A stretch of 64,000 nucleotides of DNA from positions 52,576,001 to 52,640,000 of the forward strand of contig CM059430.1 of the NCBI GenBank assembly GCA_030390025.1. The letters are read 5' to 3'. The translations under genes were made by a program, and so were the position numbers. Shown piece after piece: positions 1 through 12,560 of the stretch; position 1 is the stretch's first letter, and each line of letters starts with the position of its first letter. The notes below the pieces were generated by a model. That model was given only the letters and a program-made list of their open reading frames with translations. It had not been told where the DNA came from and did no database searches. The DNA is from Squalus acanthias. Taxonomy: Eukaryota.

Positions 1-1059
1 AAATAACACACATCAAGGTTATAGTCAACATTTGTCATCTAACTTTCAAAACTGTTGTTAAGCAAAAGCTGGTACTGACAGCTTCTAAAAACTGGTCATT
101 AAGCTAATCATTGGGCTTTGTCTGAGACAGACATTAAATTGTAGGATTTCTGGATATGCGCAGGCACCAAATAATGGTGAATCTCCAAACCAGTCAGTAT
201 TCTATTATTTATCTTGCAATTGGGAAAAAAAAATAAGTTGACAATAAATCAATTTAATGTAAATAGACCAGGCAGCTGATTTTATTAGTTTGTTAATTAG
301 ATTTAATATAGTTCATAATATAACCAACAATAACACATTTATTAGACATAATGTTGGGTTAGATTTTCATCCATTCACAATCAATGGATGGAAATTCTAT
401 TTGCATCTCACTTTGTTGTGTGCAGAGAAATTTGTTATTCTTGTTGCTACCAGCCTTTAACTCTGGACCGTCTTTGTGAATTAAGGAATGTGCTGAAATG
501 TTCTTTCTGCAAGTATCAAGTTAATACCAGTGTGCTCATAATAGAACCTGGGCACTGCTTGCAGCAGACTTCCCCTTCATCCGTGACCCCTAGCAGTCTC
601 TCTGCTCAATGTATCTCTGGGTTTTCATTCATAACCCAGTTAGCTCTGAGATCTTGATAAAGCTGAAATTCACCATTATTCCATTTCCTCAAGTTGCTCT
701 CTGGCAAAAGAAAGCAAAGAAATGCTATTGGGAGGCAGGGCTATCCCAGCATCCATAACAAATAAAAGGACGCTATTAAAAATAAGATATATAGTATTAA
801 TAGAGAAATTGGTCTAATGGTATTTCCCCCTCCTCTCCTTTGGGGAAGTGTCTGGCCTTCACTGAGCAACTGTCTATGGTGGAAAAATTAAACTTGGAAC
901 GTTATGTGGGAATCAAGAGCGCTCGCGACCTGCATCCTATCATTCTGTGGCACACTGTGCTCGAGTATTCTTGAGCTTGGCCCTTAGCAAGACACTGATT
1001 GGAATCATGGCTCTTGAAAAAAGGTAGAGTGACAGTAGGTTAAAATGAATATGACTTAC

Positions 1060-1199
1060 AATAAGGAGATCGCTCACAGTCTCAGCGAAGCCCACAGTGT
1101 GCAGAGAAACTGCTACTGCATTCGCAAAAGCAAAAATGAGACCGATGGGACCTCCAAGCTCTGGTCCAAGGCTCCTGGAGATGAGGAAATATGTACCAC
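1060..1199 (-). CDS. SLC12A3: SLC12A3 (NCC) coding exon 5
   Basis: CAG|GT GGT ACA TAT... encodes (G)[46 protein letters not shown], then GTAAG donor. 140 nt; phase fits exon 4. The gene continues past the window start. Confidence 0.95.
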
Positions 1200-1430
1200 C
1201 TGAACAACAGCAACAAAGAACACAGGAATGAAAACTAGTTTATTGTGAGCACAGGCTGTGGAAATGTAAAGTACAAAAACAAAGGCCTATTCTCTTCAAC
1301 ATGGACTTATTCTAAAAATAGACCCCTGCAACTCCTGATTTAGTCTTACAGAAATGTAAGTAGATATCCTATGTTTGTGATTTCTACTATTTGTACGGAA
1401 TCCTGTGTTTAATTTAAACAGGATCTATAA

Positions 1431-1536
1431 TGTGAAATAAAAACAGAAAATGCTGGAAATACTCAGCAGGTCAGGCAGCATCCGTGGAGATAGAAACAGA
1501 GTTAATGTTTCAGGTCGATGACCCTTCGTCAGAACG
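1431..1536 (-). mobile_element. Short interspersed shark-type repeat with hammerhead-ribozyme-like core (Penelope-like/retrozyme relic)
   Basis: Minus strand reads GTT-CTGACGA-AGGGTC-ATC-GACCT-GAAAC-ATT-AAC, followed by ...TTCCAGCATTTTCTGTTTTTATTTCA. Related copies lie at about 9470-9571 and 62584-62830. Confidence 0.55.
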
Positions 1537-1769
1537 TACTTCACTTCTGCTGGCCATGCCTACAATGTTTTCCTTTCTTATATTTCAGTTCATAAACAGT
1601 GAGAAACCCTGGCAATAGGAAGACAAAGCTGAGTATGCCTCAGATTTATGTAGGACAGGACAGGTAGGCTATTTGGACCTTTTATAAAACCTATTTATGT
1701 GAAGCCAAACCTATTCCCAGCCACCACCAACCATCCCCACCTTGTTTGAGCTCTGAACCCTCATCCCTC

Positions 1770-3335
1770 TAGTTTAGCTCCTTCACCCCCATGCTCTCTC
1801 AGAGATCATTTTATCTAGGAGACCCACCTCCTGCTCCTTTTACCCCATTCCCTTAAACGGCTGACCATCCAATTTCTCTTCCTGGTCCCCACGCTAGCGG
1901 ACATTGGAATTAGTTCCCTCTCCTCAGGCACTGTCCAACTCACTTTCACAACTGTCATCAGCTCCCCCCCCCAAAAAAAACTCACCCTTAACCCCTCTGT
2001 CCTTGCAAACTACAGACCCATCACCAACTTCTCTTTCCTCTCCAAAGTCCTTGAATGTGTTGTTGCTTCCCAAATCTGTGCCCATCTCTCCCGCAATTCC
2101 CGGTTTAAATCCCTCCAATCAGCTTTCCACCCCTCCCACAGCACCAAAATGGCCCTAACCAAAGTCAAAAATTTCAATCTCAGACTGTTACTATGGTGCA
2201 TTACCTCTCCTCATTCTCCTCGACTTCTCTGTAGCCTTTGACACGGTCAACTATACCACCGGAGCTTAAAAAGGTTAACTTATGAGAGCAGGTTGCATTG
2301 ACTAGGCTTGTATTCCCTTGAGTATAGAAGATTAAGAGGTAATCTAATTGAGGTGTTTAAGATGATCAAAGGAGTTGATAGAGAGAAACTATTTCCTCTG
2401 GTAGGGGAGTCCAGACAAAGGGGCATAACCTTAAAATTAGAGCTAGGCCGTTCAGGGGTGATGTCAGAAAGCACTTCTTCACACAAAGGGTAGTGAAAAT
2501 CTGGAATTCTCTCCCCCAAAAAGTTGTTGAGGCTAGGGGTCAATTGAAAATGACAAAACTGAGATTTATAGATTGTTAGGCAAGGGTATTAAGGGATATG
2601 GAATTGAGGATGGTAGATGGAGTTAAGATACAGATCAGCCATGATCTCATTGAATGGTGGAACATGCTCGAGGGGTTGAATAGCCTCTTCTTGTTCCTAT
2701 CTTCCTATCCTTTTCCAATGCCACTCCTCCACTGTCCAGCTCGTTGCACCGCCCTCACTTGATTCCACTCTTACCTATCTGATCACAACCAGAGCATCTC
2801 CAGCAATAGCTTCTTTTCCAGCCCTCTTACCAACTGTCATGACCCCACCATTGCCTCCGTGTTAGGCTGCTTGTCCAACATCCAATCTTGGATGAACCAC
2901 AATTTCCTCCATTTAAACATTGGGAGGACCAAAGTCATTATCTTCGGCCTCCCCCACAAACTCTGTACTTTTGTCAATGACAGCATCCCCCTCCCCAGCC
3001 ACTGTTTTCGGCCGAACCAAATTATTTGCAACCTCGCCGTACTATTCGACCCTGAGCTGAGCTTCTAACTCTATATTTTCTCCATCACAAAGATCGCCTA
3101 CTTCCTCCTCTGTAACATTGTCCCTTTCATCACCTATGGCAGACCAGCTGCTGCTGATACCCTCATCCATGCCTTTGTCACCTCCAGACTTGACTATTCC
3201 AATGCTCTCTTGGCTGACCTCCCATCGTATACCTTCCATAAATTTCAGCTCAATCAAAACTCTGCTGCCCAAATCCTACCACACAAGAAGTCCCACTCAC
3301 CCATCACCCCTGTCCTTGCTGACCTACATTGACTC
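1770..3335 (+). mobile_element. Degenerate L2-type LINE RT fragment, interrupted by a CR1 insertion
   Basis: Broken RT motifs: NYRPITNFSFLSKVLE-like at about 2007, and CLSNIQSWMNHNFLHLNIGRTK at 2859-3068. Boundaries approximate. Confidence 0.75.
2261..2708 (+). mobile_element. CR1/HER1-type LINE 3' fragment nested in L2
   Basis: ORF 2308-2493 YSLEYRRLRGNLIEVFKMIKG is the CR1 ORF2 C-terminus, followed by a CR1-type 3' UTR ending in TTGTTCCTAT. Confidence 0.85.
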
Positions 3336-3424
3336 AGAGTTCACAAGAACAGGCATGGACAGTATAGGACTCAGGCGGCTGAAACAATAGTAAGCAATGT
3401 GAGCAAGCAGTAACCAAAGAATAC

Positions 3425-3520
3425 CTGATTTGACTTTGCCATTCGTAGATATTGCTGATATGGACAGACCAGTAATGCTGGTTATAATTACGGACATCAT
3501 GATGATTAACCACGTCAGAG
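3425..3520 (-). CDS. SLC12A3: SLC12A3 coding exon 4
   Basis: Encodes (A)[31 protein letters not shown](G). CAG acceptor, GTAT donor, 96 nt. Confidence 0.96.
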
Positions 3521-3777
3521 CTGTAATGGAAGTGAACAAAACCAAAATTATTAGTGTTTTCACTGCCACTGAAAAATACCCAGTACACCATGCTTACGTT
3601 TGTGAGACATGTATCTCGAATGAGAAAAGGCCACCAGGCCCATAGACGCTCAGTGCATGCTTTGACTGATTCCATGATTACAAGTTTGAGGAGTAGGACC
3701 TAGTGTTAATTGTTGGAGAGAGAGATTACTCCACACTAGAGGATTCTGGGTACAAAATCCTATTTTTATTTTGGCCC

Positions 3778-4305
3778 AACAACAACTTATATTTATATAG
3801 CACCTTTAATGTAATAACACATCCCAAGGCACTTCACAGGAGTGTTATCAAAAAAACACAATATGACACCGAGCCATATAAGGAGATGTTAGGGCAGATG
3901 ATGAAAAGCTTGATCGAAGAGGCAGGTTTTAAGGAGCGTCTTAAAGGAGGAAAGAGTAGTGGAGAGCTGGAGAGATTTAGGGAGGGAATTCTAGAGCTTA
4001 GGACCTAGGCAGCTGAAGGCACGGCCACCAATGGTGGAGCATTTAAAATCGGGGATGTTCAAAAGGCCAGAATAGATGGAGTGCAGAGGTCTAGGGGGTT
4101 ATAGGGCTGGAGGAGATTAGAGAGATAGGGAGGGGCGAGGCCATGGAGGGATTTGAAAACAAGGATGAGAATTTTAAAATCAAGGCGTTGCTTAACTGGG
4201 AGCCAATGTAGGTCAGTGAGCACAGGGGTGATGGGTGAACGGGACTTGGTGCGAGTTAGGACATGGGCAGCAGTGTTTTGGATGACCTCAAGTTCATGGA
4301 GGGTA
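3778..4305 (-). mobile_element. L2-type LINE 3' end
   Basis: Closely similar to 50435-50935. The minus strand encodes an LHWLPVKQRLDFKILILVFKSLHGLAP-type C-terminus, with a tail ending ...GTGCTATATAAATATAAGTTGTTGTT. Confidence 0.8.
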
Positions 4306-5889
4306 GAACTAGGGACTAATATGTAAATTATTTACCTCTTATTGGGTCACAACCATAGAAGGGTATGCTGATAGGGTTGAGATGAAGTAGGGTGGGAGGA
4401 AGCTCGTGTGGAACATAAACACCGGCACAGACGAGTTGGGCTGAATGGTCGATTTCTGTGCTGTAAACTCTGACATTTCTATCTTATGAGAGATACTTCT
4501 ATCCATGGATTTACACCAATATTAATAAGAAAAGAAAAATTCTCATCGATCTTCAGAAAAAGCCGATGATGAGGCCACATGAATTTGAGACCAATGATCG
4601 AACATGAATGAATAAAACCACAGCAACCCTTTCTATCCAACGGGAGATCAAATTATTCCATGAAACTAAATAGCTAATAATAATATAGGAAAAGCTGTGT
4701 AGCATACAGAAAAATCCAGATGATAAATTGCAGCAACGCAAGGCTGCTTACATGAAATTCAATTGACTTAAATAGCAGTTAGTGCCTAAAGTTAAAGAGT
4801 GAAGGTACACCAAACAGGGGCCCGTGCTGCTGATACAACAACTGAAATGGATGAAAGCTGATGGTTCAGTGATCAGTTTCTTGCTTTCTTGGGCACAGCA
4901 GGGAAGCAGGACGCAAGGAGTGGGCAGGAGATAAAACAATTGACATTATTCTTCTTGCCTAAGATAAAACGGCACTCGTTGGCTTGGAGATGGCTATGAC
5001 ACTGTCTCTCTCAATTTCAGCTCCCTCTTTTTTAAAATTTGTTGCTATGATGTGAACGATTCTGGCAAGATGCATTTATTGCCCATCCCTAGTTGCCCCG
5101 AGTAGGTAATGGTGGACCTTCTACTTGAACCGCTGCAGTCCTTGAGCTGAAGGCACTCCCACAAAAATACGATGGCTTTGTTAGGCATGTATAGCTATGC
5201 TTCACCTGTCAAAAAGGTGCCACTGTGCTAGGGTGGCCAACAACCAAAGTACCCTGATTGACCGCATCCAAGATGCCACCTATCAGATCTGCAGGTCCTG
5301 GCAAATAATTCACCTGGCATTGACCATGGAGAGCTGTCTTCACAGGTCCAGGTCATCAGAGAACCAGTTGCGGCTGCCATGCAGCATAGTAAGCTATGGC
5401 CTGAAACTAGGTTCCAGCTCCCAGCAGGCATGCTGCAATATCGACCCATGAGAAGGGTGCCATGGAGTGGCACAGAGTACAACCCTCCCAGCAACATCAT
5501 CATGTAGCAGTAGCTCCACTTCTGTAGCCCTCAAACAGCGGGTCAAGTGCTACATCATTTGCCTGCACTTCTGATTTCTTTTTTCTTCATTTTTGCCAAT
5601 CACTTCTTACTTTCCTCAACCTTTCAGCCCTGGCAAAAGCTGCTAATGGATTGAGGTTTTTATTATTTTTATCACCTGATTATATGCCTCGTAATTGTTC
5701 CTTTAAATCTTACCTACATGCAATTTTCCACTCTCGCCACCACTGTGTTCCCAGCACAAGTCCTACACCTGGAGCTATATACATAATTATGATAGCGAAC
5801 TAATCTCAGAAAGTTAGGTAAAAAATAGCACACGTCCATTAATATCAATGCAAAACCCATTTAAAATCATTCAGGTGTACAGTGTGCGC

Positions 5890-6115
5890 AGGGGACATCA
5901 CAGCTGAGCTCAGTCCTGCCCTGCCTTCACTAAACACGTGCACACTTTCTGTGTGCAGAGTTTGCTGGATGACCGTCAGTAGAGGGAATTCTAACTGAAT
6001 TGCCCCTCCTAAGCATAAGGGCACTGAGGCCAAAATCAGTGACCTCAACAAAGAGCAGAGATCATTGCATGGCTCAATACCACACCACGCAATTTCACTG
6101 ACCCACTCGGGGAGC
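5890..6115 (-). mobile_element. LF-SINE-like element (degenerate)
   Basis: Reverse complement resembles the LF-SINE-like copies at 28735 and 51570 (TTGGCCTCAGTGCCC...GAAAGTGTGCACGTGT...GCTCAGCTGTGATG). Confidence 0.55.
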
Positions 6116-6370
6116 CTGTGGGATTATTTTAACATACTTTGTAAAGGTGAAAAGGGAATGAATTGCGGGAAGCACTCAGCGTACAGAGTGCTCACATCAT
6201 CGTATTACCCCATAGTTACCGTTTCTTTAGTCCTGTGAGAAGTACTCAATTTACACAGCGCTCATATCACAGTACTTGCTCCAGAGTTACCTTCTCTTTA
6301 ATTTTCTACATACTAAAACATTGCTCACCAAACTATCTTTTTAATCTTTATCTTTATTTTTATCTTTAAT

Positions 6371-6580
6371 CACTCTACCCCAGAGGGCTGTGGAGGCTCA
6401 GTTGTTGAGTATATTCAAGACAGAGATCGATAGATTTTTGAATATTAAGGGAATCAAGGGATATGGGGATAGTGCAGGAAAGTGGAGATGAGGTAGAAGA
6501 TCAGCCATGATCTTATTGAATGGCGGGGCAGGCTCGAGGGGCGAATGGCCGACTCCTGCTCCTATTTCTTATGTTCTTTA
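6371..6580 (+). mobile_element. CR1/HER1-type LINE 3' tail
   Basis: CTCTACCCCAGAGGGCTGTGGAGG...GAATGGCCGACTCCTGCTCCTATTTCTTATGTTCTT; similar to 42690-42869. Confidence 0.85.
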
Positions 6581-6600
6581 ACATCAATACAACAAATTCA

Positions 6601-6756
<156 letters not shown>

Positions 6757-7829
6757 CTAGGTAAACGGAGAAACAGCGACAATAATTACATTACATGCAT
6801 TTAGGAAGGCACTAAGTACTCAAACCAGTCAGCATGACATGCTCACGAGAATATGCACAATGCCATTGCTATCTAGCCTATTAGGAATAAGGTGTGGGTT
6901 ACAACATATAGTGAATTGTTTTACTGGTAATACACTGGGAGGGGCATAAGGTACATACATTCTGATATTACAGTACTAGTTACATACTTTCAGATCCTGT
7001 GCCAATGTCGGCTTTCTTAATTTTTTTAAATCTGTCTCATGCTGTCACTAATGTGCATCAGTGCTCAGCACACCTGCTGTGTAATAAACAAGGCTTGAGT
7101 TTAGAAAGACCTTTTATCCTACAGAGCTATAGTTATGCGGAATGGACTTAATATCTGGCTAGGAATGGAATTGAGGATTATAAGAATATGCACAGGTAGA
7201 GATAACTGAAAGTTGTGTGGAATGTGATGGTTCTTGAACCACTGGACCATAGAAATGCAATGCCAAGAAAGGCAACCACACTAGGATATAGGACGTCAGA
7301 TGTAAGGTCAGCTAGGAAACGCTTAATGGTCTTTTCTAATTCCATACTGTCTAATGGTTTTGTAATGGTGTTCATGTTACATACAGCAAATAATTGGCAG
7401 AAAGTTTAAACCTTGGGGTTCTGATGACCTTCATGAACCACTTGACTTTATTCCCATTGTTCACTTTGTCATCAGAACCACTCAATTGAATCGCAGCCTC
7501 ATAATGCCCTGCCCTGTAAACTCTCACCCAACGTCCAAGGAGCAAGTTTGAGGCCAAATGGATTAAATGCAAAATAAATGGCACTCTAAGGTCTAACTGG
7601 ATACAGGCTCATGACCTGTCCAGATCAAGAGTTGTTTCATCTGAGTTCTGACCTCTGTGCACAGCTAATTAATATTTAGTTTTCCGCATATTGTTTAATA
7701 AACAATAAATGAGGATCCTAACAAGTTCCACACATTAATAACACTAATTATCAGCAGCATTTCTTGCTCCTTTTTCTACCAATTTTCTCTCCTTCTACCC
7801 TCCTTTGTTGAAGATATTGATTCCTTGCT

Positions 7830-8165
7830 CCAGTACCTTAACAAAGTGATCATTCTTCCTGCATGGGTCAAGACAGTGAGTGTTAGCAGGCTTTCTACCA
7901 TGGAGAACAACACAGCTATTTTCACCTGGCATCCACATATGCAAACTAGTGGGAATCCCTGGAAAGCGATCAGTAAGGAGAACTGTGGCAAGTTTTCTCT
8001 TCCTTAACTAAGCAGCGTTAAGGCCAATCATAGTACCTCTACCACTATTCCAACTGAAACAATTTAAGTCAGCATAGATCAGAGATTGAATCTTAGACAT
8101 TTCTGGTCCGTATGGCTCAGTTACTCACTGCCTTAACCAGCTAATCCATGAGGGGAGCCCAAACT
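7830..8165 (-). mobile_element. LF-SINE-like element (degenerate)
   Basis: Reverse-complement similarity to the other LF-SINE-like copies in the window. Boundaries approximate. Confidence 0.5.
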
Positions 8166-9154
8166 GCATCATTTTTCCACTTGGCTTCAGGTACACAGTG
8201 AAGTGCAACATTAGTACCACCTATTGAAGTAGGGGCTGCCTTTAATGGGTAACTGAGTTCAGTGTAAAGCTCTTGTTCCCTTATGTCTCTCACAGACTTG
8301 ATTCCTTTATCAATTCTTAGCAGGGAGCTTGACTCTGTGAAAGGTTTCTCCACAATCCTAAACAGACTGCAATTTAATGGGAGTGAATTTGCTCAGTGAG
8401 TCGTCATCAGTGAGTGTAGTCATCAGGTAGGGCAGACATCTCCATAACATCTGTTCCAAGTTGTTGATTGAAAGTTGCCAAGCAATACCAGAAGAATGTA
8501 TTTGTTGGGTGTCTGTCAACATGGAAAGACTGATCTGACACCAGGAACAGATAAAATGCTGCTGTCCATTTATCAGATGTGCTCGCTGAGAATACCCATA
8601 ATGCCGGTTTGCTCACAACTGTGGAGAAGCCTGTCCTGATATTATTCCCCCCATGGCGCACTGTTAGGGGGGGGTGCACCAAGATGACACCTGGCTCTTC
8701 ACCATAGGGAGGGGACATCAGAGAGCAAGACATCCTGAAGTGTCCTCACACATCCCCTGCAAATACATCTGGAATGGCAAAGACTTGGGAGTGATGCATG
8801 GCAAGTAAATCCTTAAACAGGCGAAGATTAAAAAAATTTTTAATTGCCATCTTCTTTTACAGTTTATCAGAGATAACTTTGACTGTTTCTCTTCTTATTG
8901 GACACTGAATGCAGCTGTTTAGCAATATCGCTAGGCAATGACTGATCATTCTATCATACCATGTGTCAACTGTATTAAACATGGTGTGTCATCAAGACAG
9001 TAAAGGATTGTTTCAGCACCTATAATATTACTTGCTATGGAATATTGCCCATCAGAAACTAATTGGCAGTCAAGAAAAAAGAAACATTCTAGCACATAAC
9101 ATGCCAATTCACTTTTTATGTAGGACAGTAGTGTGGGGAATAAATTAGACATAC

Positions 9155-9292
9155 CATTACACCTTTTATCCAGCCAAATCGGACAGGTTCTTCTGGAAGC
9201 TTATTGCTGCTTAATCGCACCTCCCCTTCTTCTTTGCCAAGTTCACCATCAGTTCGATTCTCATACAATGGGGGTGGACTTTGTCCTGTATC
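9155..9292 (-). CDS. SLC12A3: SLC12A3 coding exon 2
   Basis: TTCCAG acceptor, encodes DTGQSPPPLYENRTDGELGKEEGEVRLSSNKLPEEPVRFGWIKGVM, then GTATGT donor. 138 nt; PEEPVRFGW.KGVM is NCC-typical. Confidence 0.94.
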
Positions 9293-9469
9293 CTGGAAGG
9301 TCATACATTAACTTCAATAATGCAGTAACATGAATTATCAAGTTTTCATCAATGCACATCTGAGATCCAAACACAGAATTCTGCTGAACAAAATCACTCC
9401 CCATTCACTAGATATATATAAAAAAAAAGCTGCAAAGGCCCAAAATCTGAAATATGACCAGAAAATGCC

Positions 9470-9571
9470 ATTCTGACAGAGGGTCGCTACCCAAAACATT
9501 AGCCTGCCGTTTCTCTTTTCAAATGCTCCTGAACCTGCCATGTTTTTCCAGCATTTTGTGTTTTTATTTCA
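9470..9571 (+). mobile_element. Degenerate copy of the hammerhead-like short repeat
   Basis: TTCTGACAGAGGGTCGCTACCCAAAACATTAGC...TTTCCAGCATTTTGTGTTTTTATTTC resembles the reverse complement of 1431-1536. Confidence 0.55.
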
Positions 9572-9699
9572 CTCTCGTTTATACAACTTCACTGTACCAA
9601 ACTACTCATCATTCACATGATGGTAACTTATTTAGAACTACACACTGTCCACTTCTAAGCAAGATATCGTAAGATGGCCTCCTGCCAAGGTTATGTCCA

Positions 9700-10720
9700 T
9701 GGCTCTCCTCAACTTGCTTTATCTGGGCTGTGGTTGATGACTCATCCTCTGACTAATTTAGAAGTTCCCTAGGGATCTGTCCCACCTCCCTCTCTGTTCT
9801 TTCTTCATATCTACAAACTTCTCCGCTAATCACCCAAACTTATCTATTCTTGCTGATTATTTCATTCCACCATCATCAACTTCCTTCAGATCAAATGCAC
9901 TCAGAGCCTCCATCCTCTCTCAGTATGTGACTGAATCTTTACATCTTGGTCTTCGGCATGTTACTCCACAAGGCAATGAAAATCATGCTTCTTCTTGCCA
10001 TTTACAAATCTAGCCCATACCCTTATTTTCGATAGCTTCACCCATAGTCATTCTTCATCTATAGTCATTCTTCATCTACCAGCATTCCTAGCCTTATCTT
10101 CTTTAGCATCAAATTGAGTTCTTACGTCTGCCCAATTGATAAAGCTACTTCCAGGAAGCTTAGTTTCCTCTTTAGTGCCAAAGACTTCTTTTCCTCTCAA
10201 CAACTCAACTCTCTATAAAGCCCAATCTTGTCCATGGCTTGAATACGATTTCCAGGGGGAGGTTATTCTTGCCCCTCTTGTGCAATTCTAGACAGGACAC
10301 AAGAATAAACTCATCATCCGATGGATGATCCAAGTCACACTTCTAGCCTCCTATCTCCTTCTTTTCATTTGAACATCTATCTTTGATCACTGCTTGCCTG
10401 AACTTTCCTCTCTTGTTTCTTCTAAGCTTCAAATACGTCATCTTACGTGCTCTTCCTCCTCTCTACATTCATAGAAACATAGAAAATAGGTACAGGAGTA
10501 GACCATTCGGTCCTTCGAGCCTGCACCGCCATTCAATGCGTTCATGGCTGAACATGCTACCTCAGTACCCCATTCCACTATGTTGAAATCAAAACTCTCT
10601 CCTACTCAATCTCATTCTTCCTTGGGGTGCGAAATTCTTTACCTTGCTCAGTCTTTTCTCCCCCTACAATATTCAAACTTTTAAAACATCAGTTTGGCAT
10701 CAATTAAATACTACTTCCTT
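9700..10720 (+). mobile_element. Highly degenerate LINE RT/3' region, CR1-Zenon-like
   Basis: Broken motifs VP*GSV (GVPQGS), KATSRKLSFLFSAKDFFSSQQL..LYKAQ and ILDRTQ...DDPSHTSSL. Interrupted by an antisense CR1 tail at about 10468-10580. Confidence 0.55.
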
Positions 10721-11249
10721 ATTCAGCTTGTTTTTTCCAACCTTGGTTGTGTCCTGCACTATAGACTTCGACCCTTCACCTTTGTTTCTTAGTGAAAAAA
10801 ATTCACTCCTGCTATGCACTACTGAGCTGCACCAAATATTAGATTAGAGAAGGCAATGATTCAATTATTACTCTCTACTGGACTCTAAATGTGGTGGCCA
10901 GATAGTTAGATAGTTGATACCTGTAGAATAACTTTTATTTCATAGATTTGAGGCATAATTCAGATATGATTTACAGACTTAGAACTTGGTTATGATGTAA
11001 CTTGTGGATTAAAAATTTGTGGAAAGTGTTGATAAACAGGTATTGCAATAAACATGTTGGACAAAATTCCTCTTATTTGTGGCCATGCACTACAGGATGA
11101 GGATATGAATATATCACTGGAGATCCTCTTGAGTTGGTTACCTGTAACACTAGATCGGAGATCTGCAGGATAACTCAACAAATAAGAGGATTTGTTTCAG
11201 TTTGTTATAGTGTTTGGCAAATATAAAAAACGGTTTGTCCGTTTTTAGA

Positions 11250-11435
11250 AATGAAAGAACATGCATTTATATAGTGCCTTTCACATCCTCAGATGTCCCA
11301 AACTGCTTCACAACCAATAAATTACTTTTGTAATATTGTCACTGTTGTTAGGCAAAGGTGGCAGCCAGTTAGCGCACAGCATGGTCTGAAAACAGCAAAT
11401 GAGATAAATGACCAGTTGACCCGCGTTTGTGGTGT
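11250..11435 (-). mobile_element. Deu-SINE (SacSINE1-like) 3' fragment
   Basis: Similar to the tail of the full copy at 45520-45960. Confidence 0.7.
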
Positions 11436-12560
11436 TGGATTTTATGAAGGCCAACACTTCTTCAATGGTCGCTTATTTTGCATTTTCCTTGCTTCCTTTA
11501 CAGCAAGCTGTCAGCATGAATCCAGTTCCACGTTGTTAGAGCTGGGTATTGCTGATAACTTCTAAGATTTGCAGGCAGATCACTGAATGGTTCTAGTTAA
11601 GGGAGCTTAGCTTCAGTTTCCAGCCAGATAGAGCCATGTTTACATTATGGCCTTCCCAGAAGCCAGCACTGCACAGAGCTCTCTCCCCAGTCAGAAATCT
11701 AAACTTTAGTCTTTCCTCTTTTTCTAACACTAGTTCTTTTCTGTTGTTTCATAGCTGTAACTCCCCAAGAGTTCTGCCTGGGTTAGAACTAGAGATTTTG
11801 TTTTTAATTTAGTTGGCTAAAAACAGACCATGTATAAGAGAGGGGATTTAGGCGGAGTTAGACTGAATCTGAGAATCCATTTGAGCAGCAGTTGGTAATG
11901 GAGTGGAAATGAAGGCAAGAGGAGAGATCAGAATAGAACTAGAATTAGGATTACAGATTTTTTTTAAACATTTCCACAGCAAAGAAAGCCATTCTAAACT
12001 ATATTTAAAGCAACAACCATCACTGAATAGCAGTCTGTCAGTGCCCATGTACCTCAGCATGGTCATTCAAGAGTGGACAACTTGACCAGTGAAATTCAGA
12101 CATCTGCACTTCATTCAAAATAGAACTTTTCAACGGACTTTGAATGGACCTGGGGATCTGAATTACTTTGATGACGCTTGGAAGACACGTTTGATGGGTC
12201 AAGATTGACACAACAATTATATATTTAAAGGCGTGGGGGTTAAAGGATCCCAAAGAGGAAAAAAAGACTTGAAATATAATTCAATATAAAGATGCATTTT
12301 AAGAAAGTGGAAAAAAATCTGAAGCCCGTGAATTAAAAATGAAAAGTTGGAAAACGATATTAAAAGATGCATTTCGAAATGTTAAGGGGGGCAAGTTAGA
12401 ATTAACTTTAGGAGTTAGATGTTGACAGTCTTGAAGAAACACCCTGCATCTACATTAACTAGAATTGGGATCGGACCCACTCCGGAGAAAATGAAGTTAT
12501 GGACAGGTTCTTGGGAGGCACAAAGTTGCTCAGCTGTGGACATGCAGTGGAGTCCCTTAC

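Noticed and set aside
1-1059. Search for SLC12A3 exon 6 (DIRIIG...GMEWESK) and ORF 388-657
   Set aside because: No matching sequence was seen, and the ORF has no recognisable homology.
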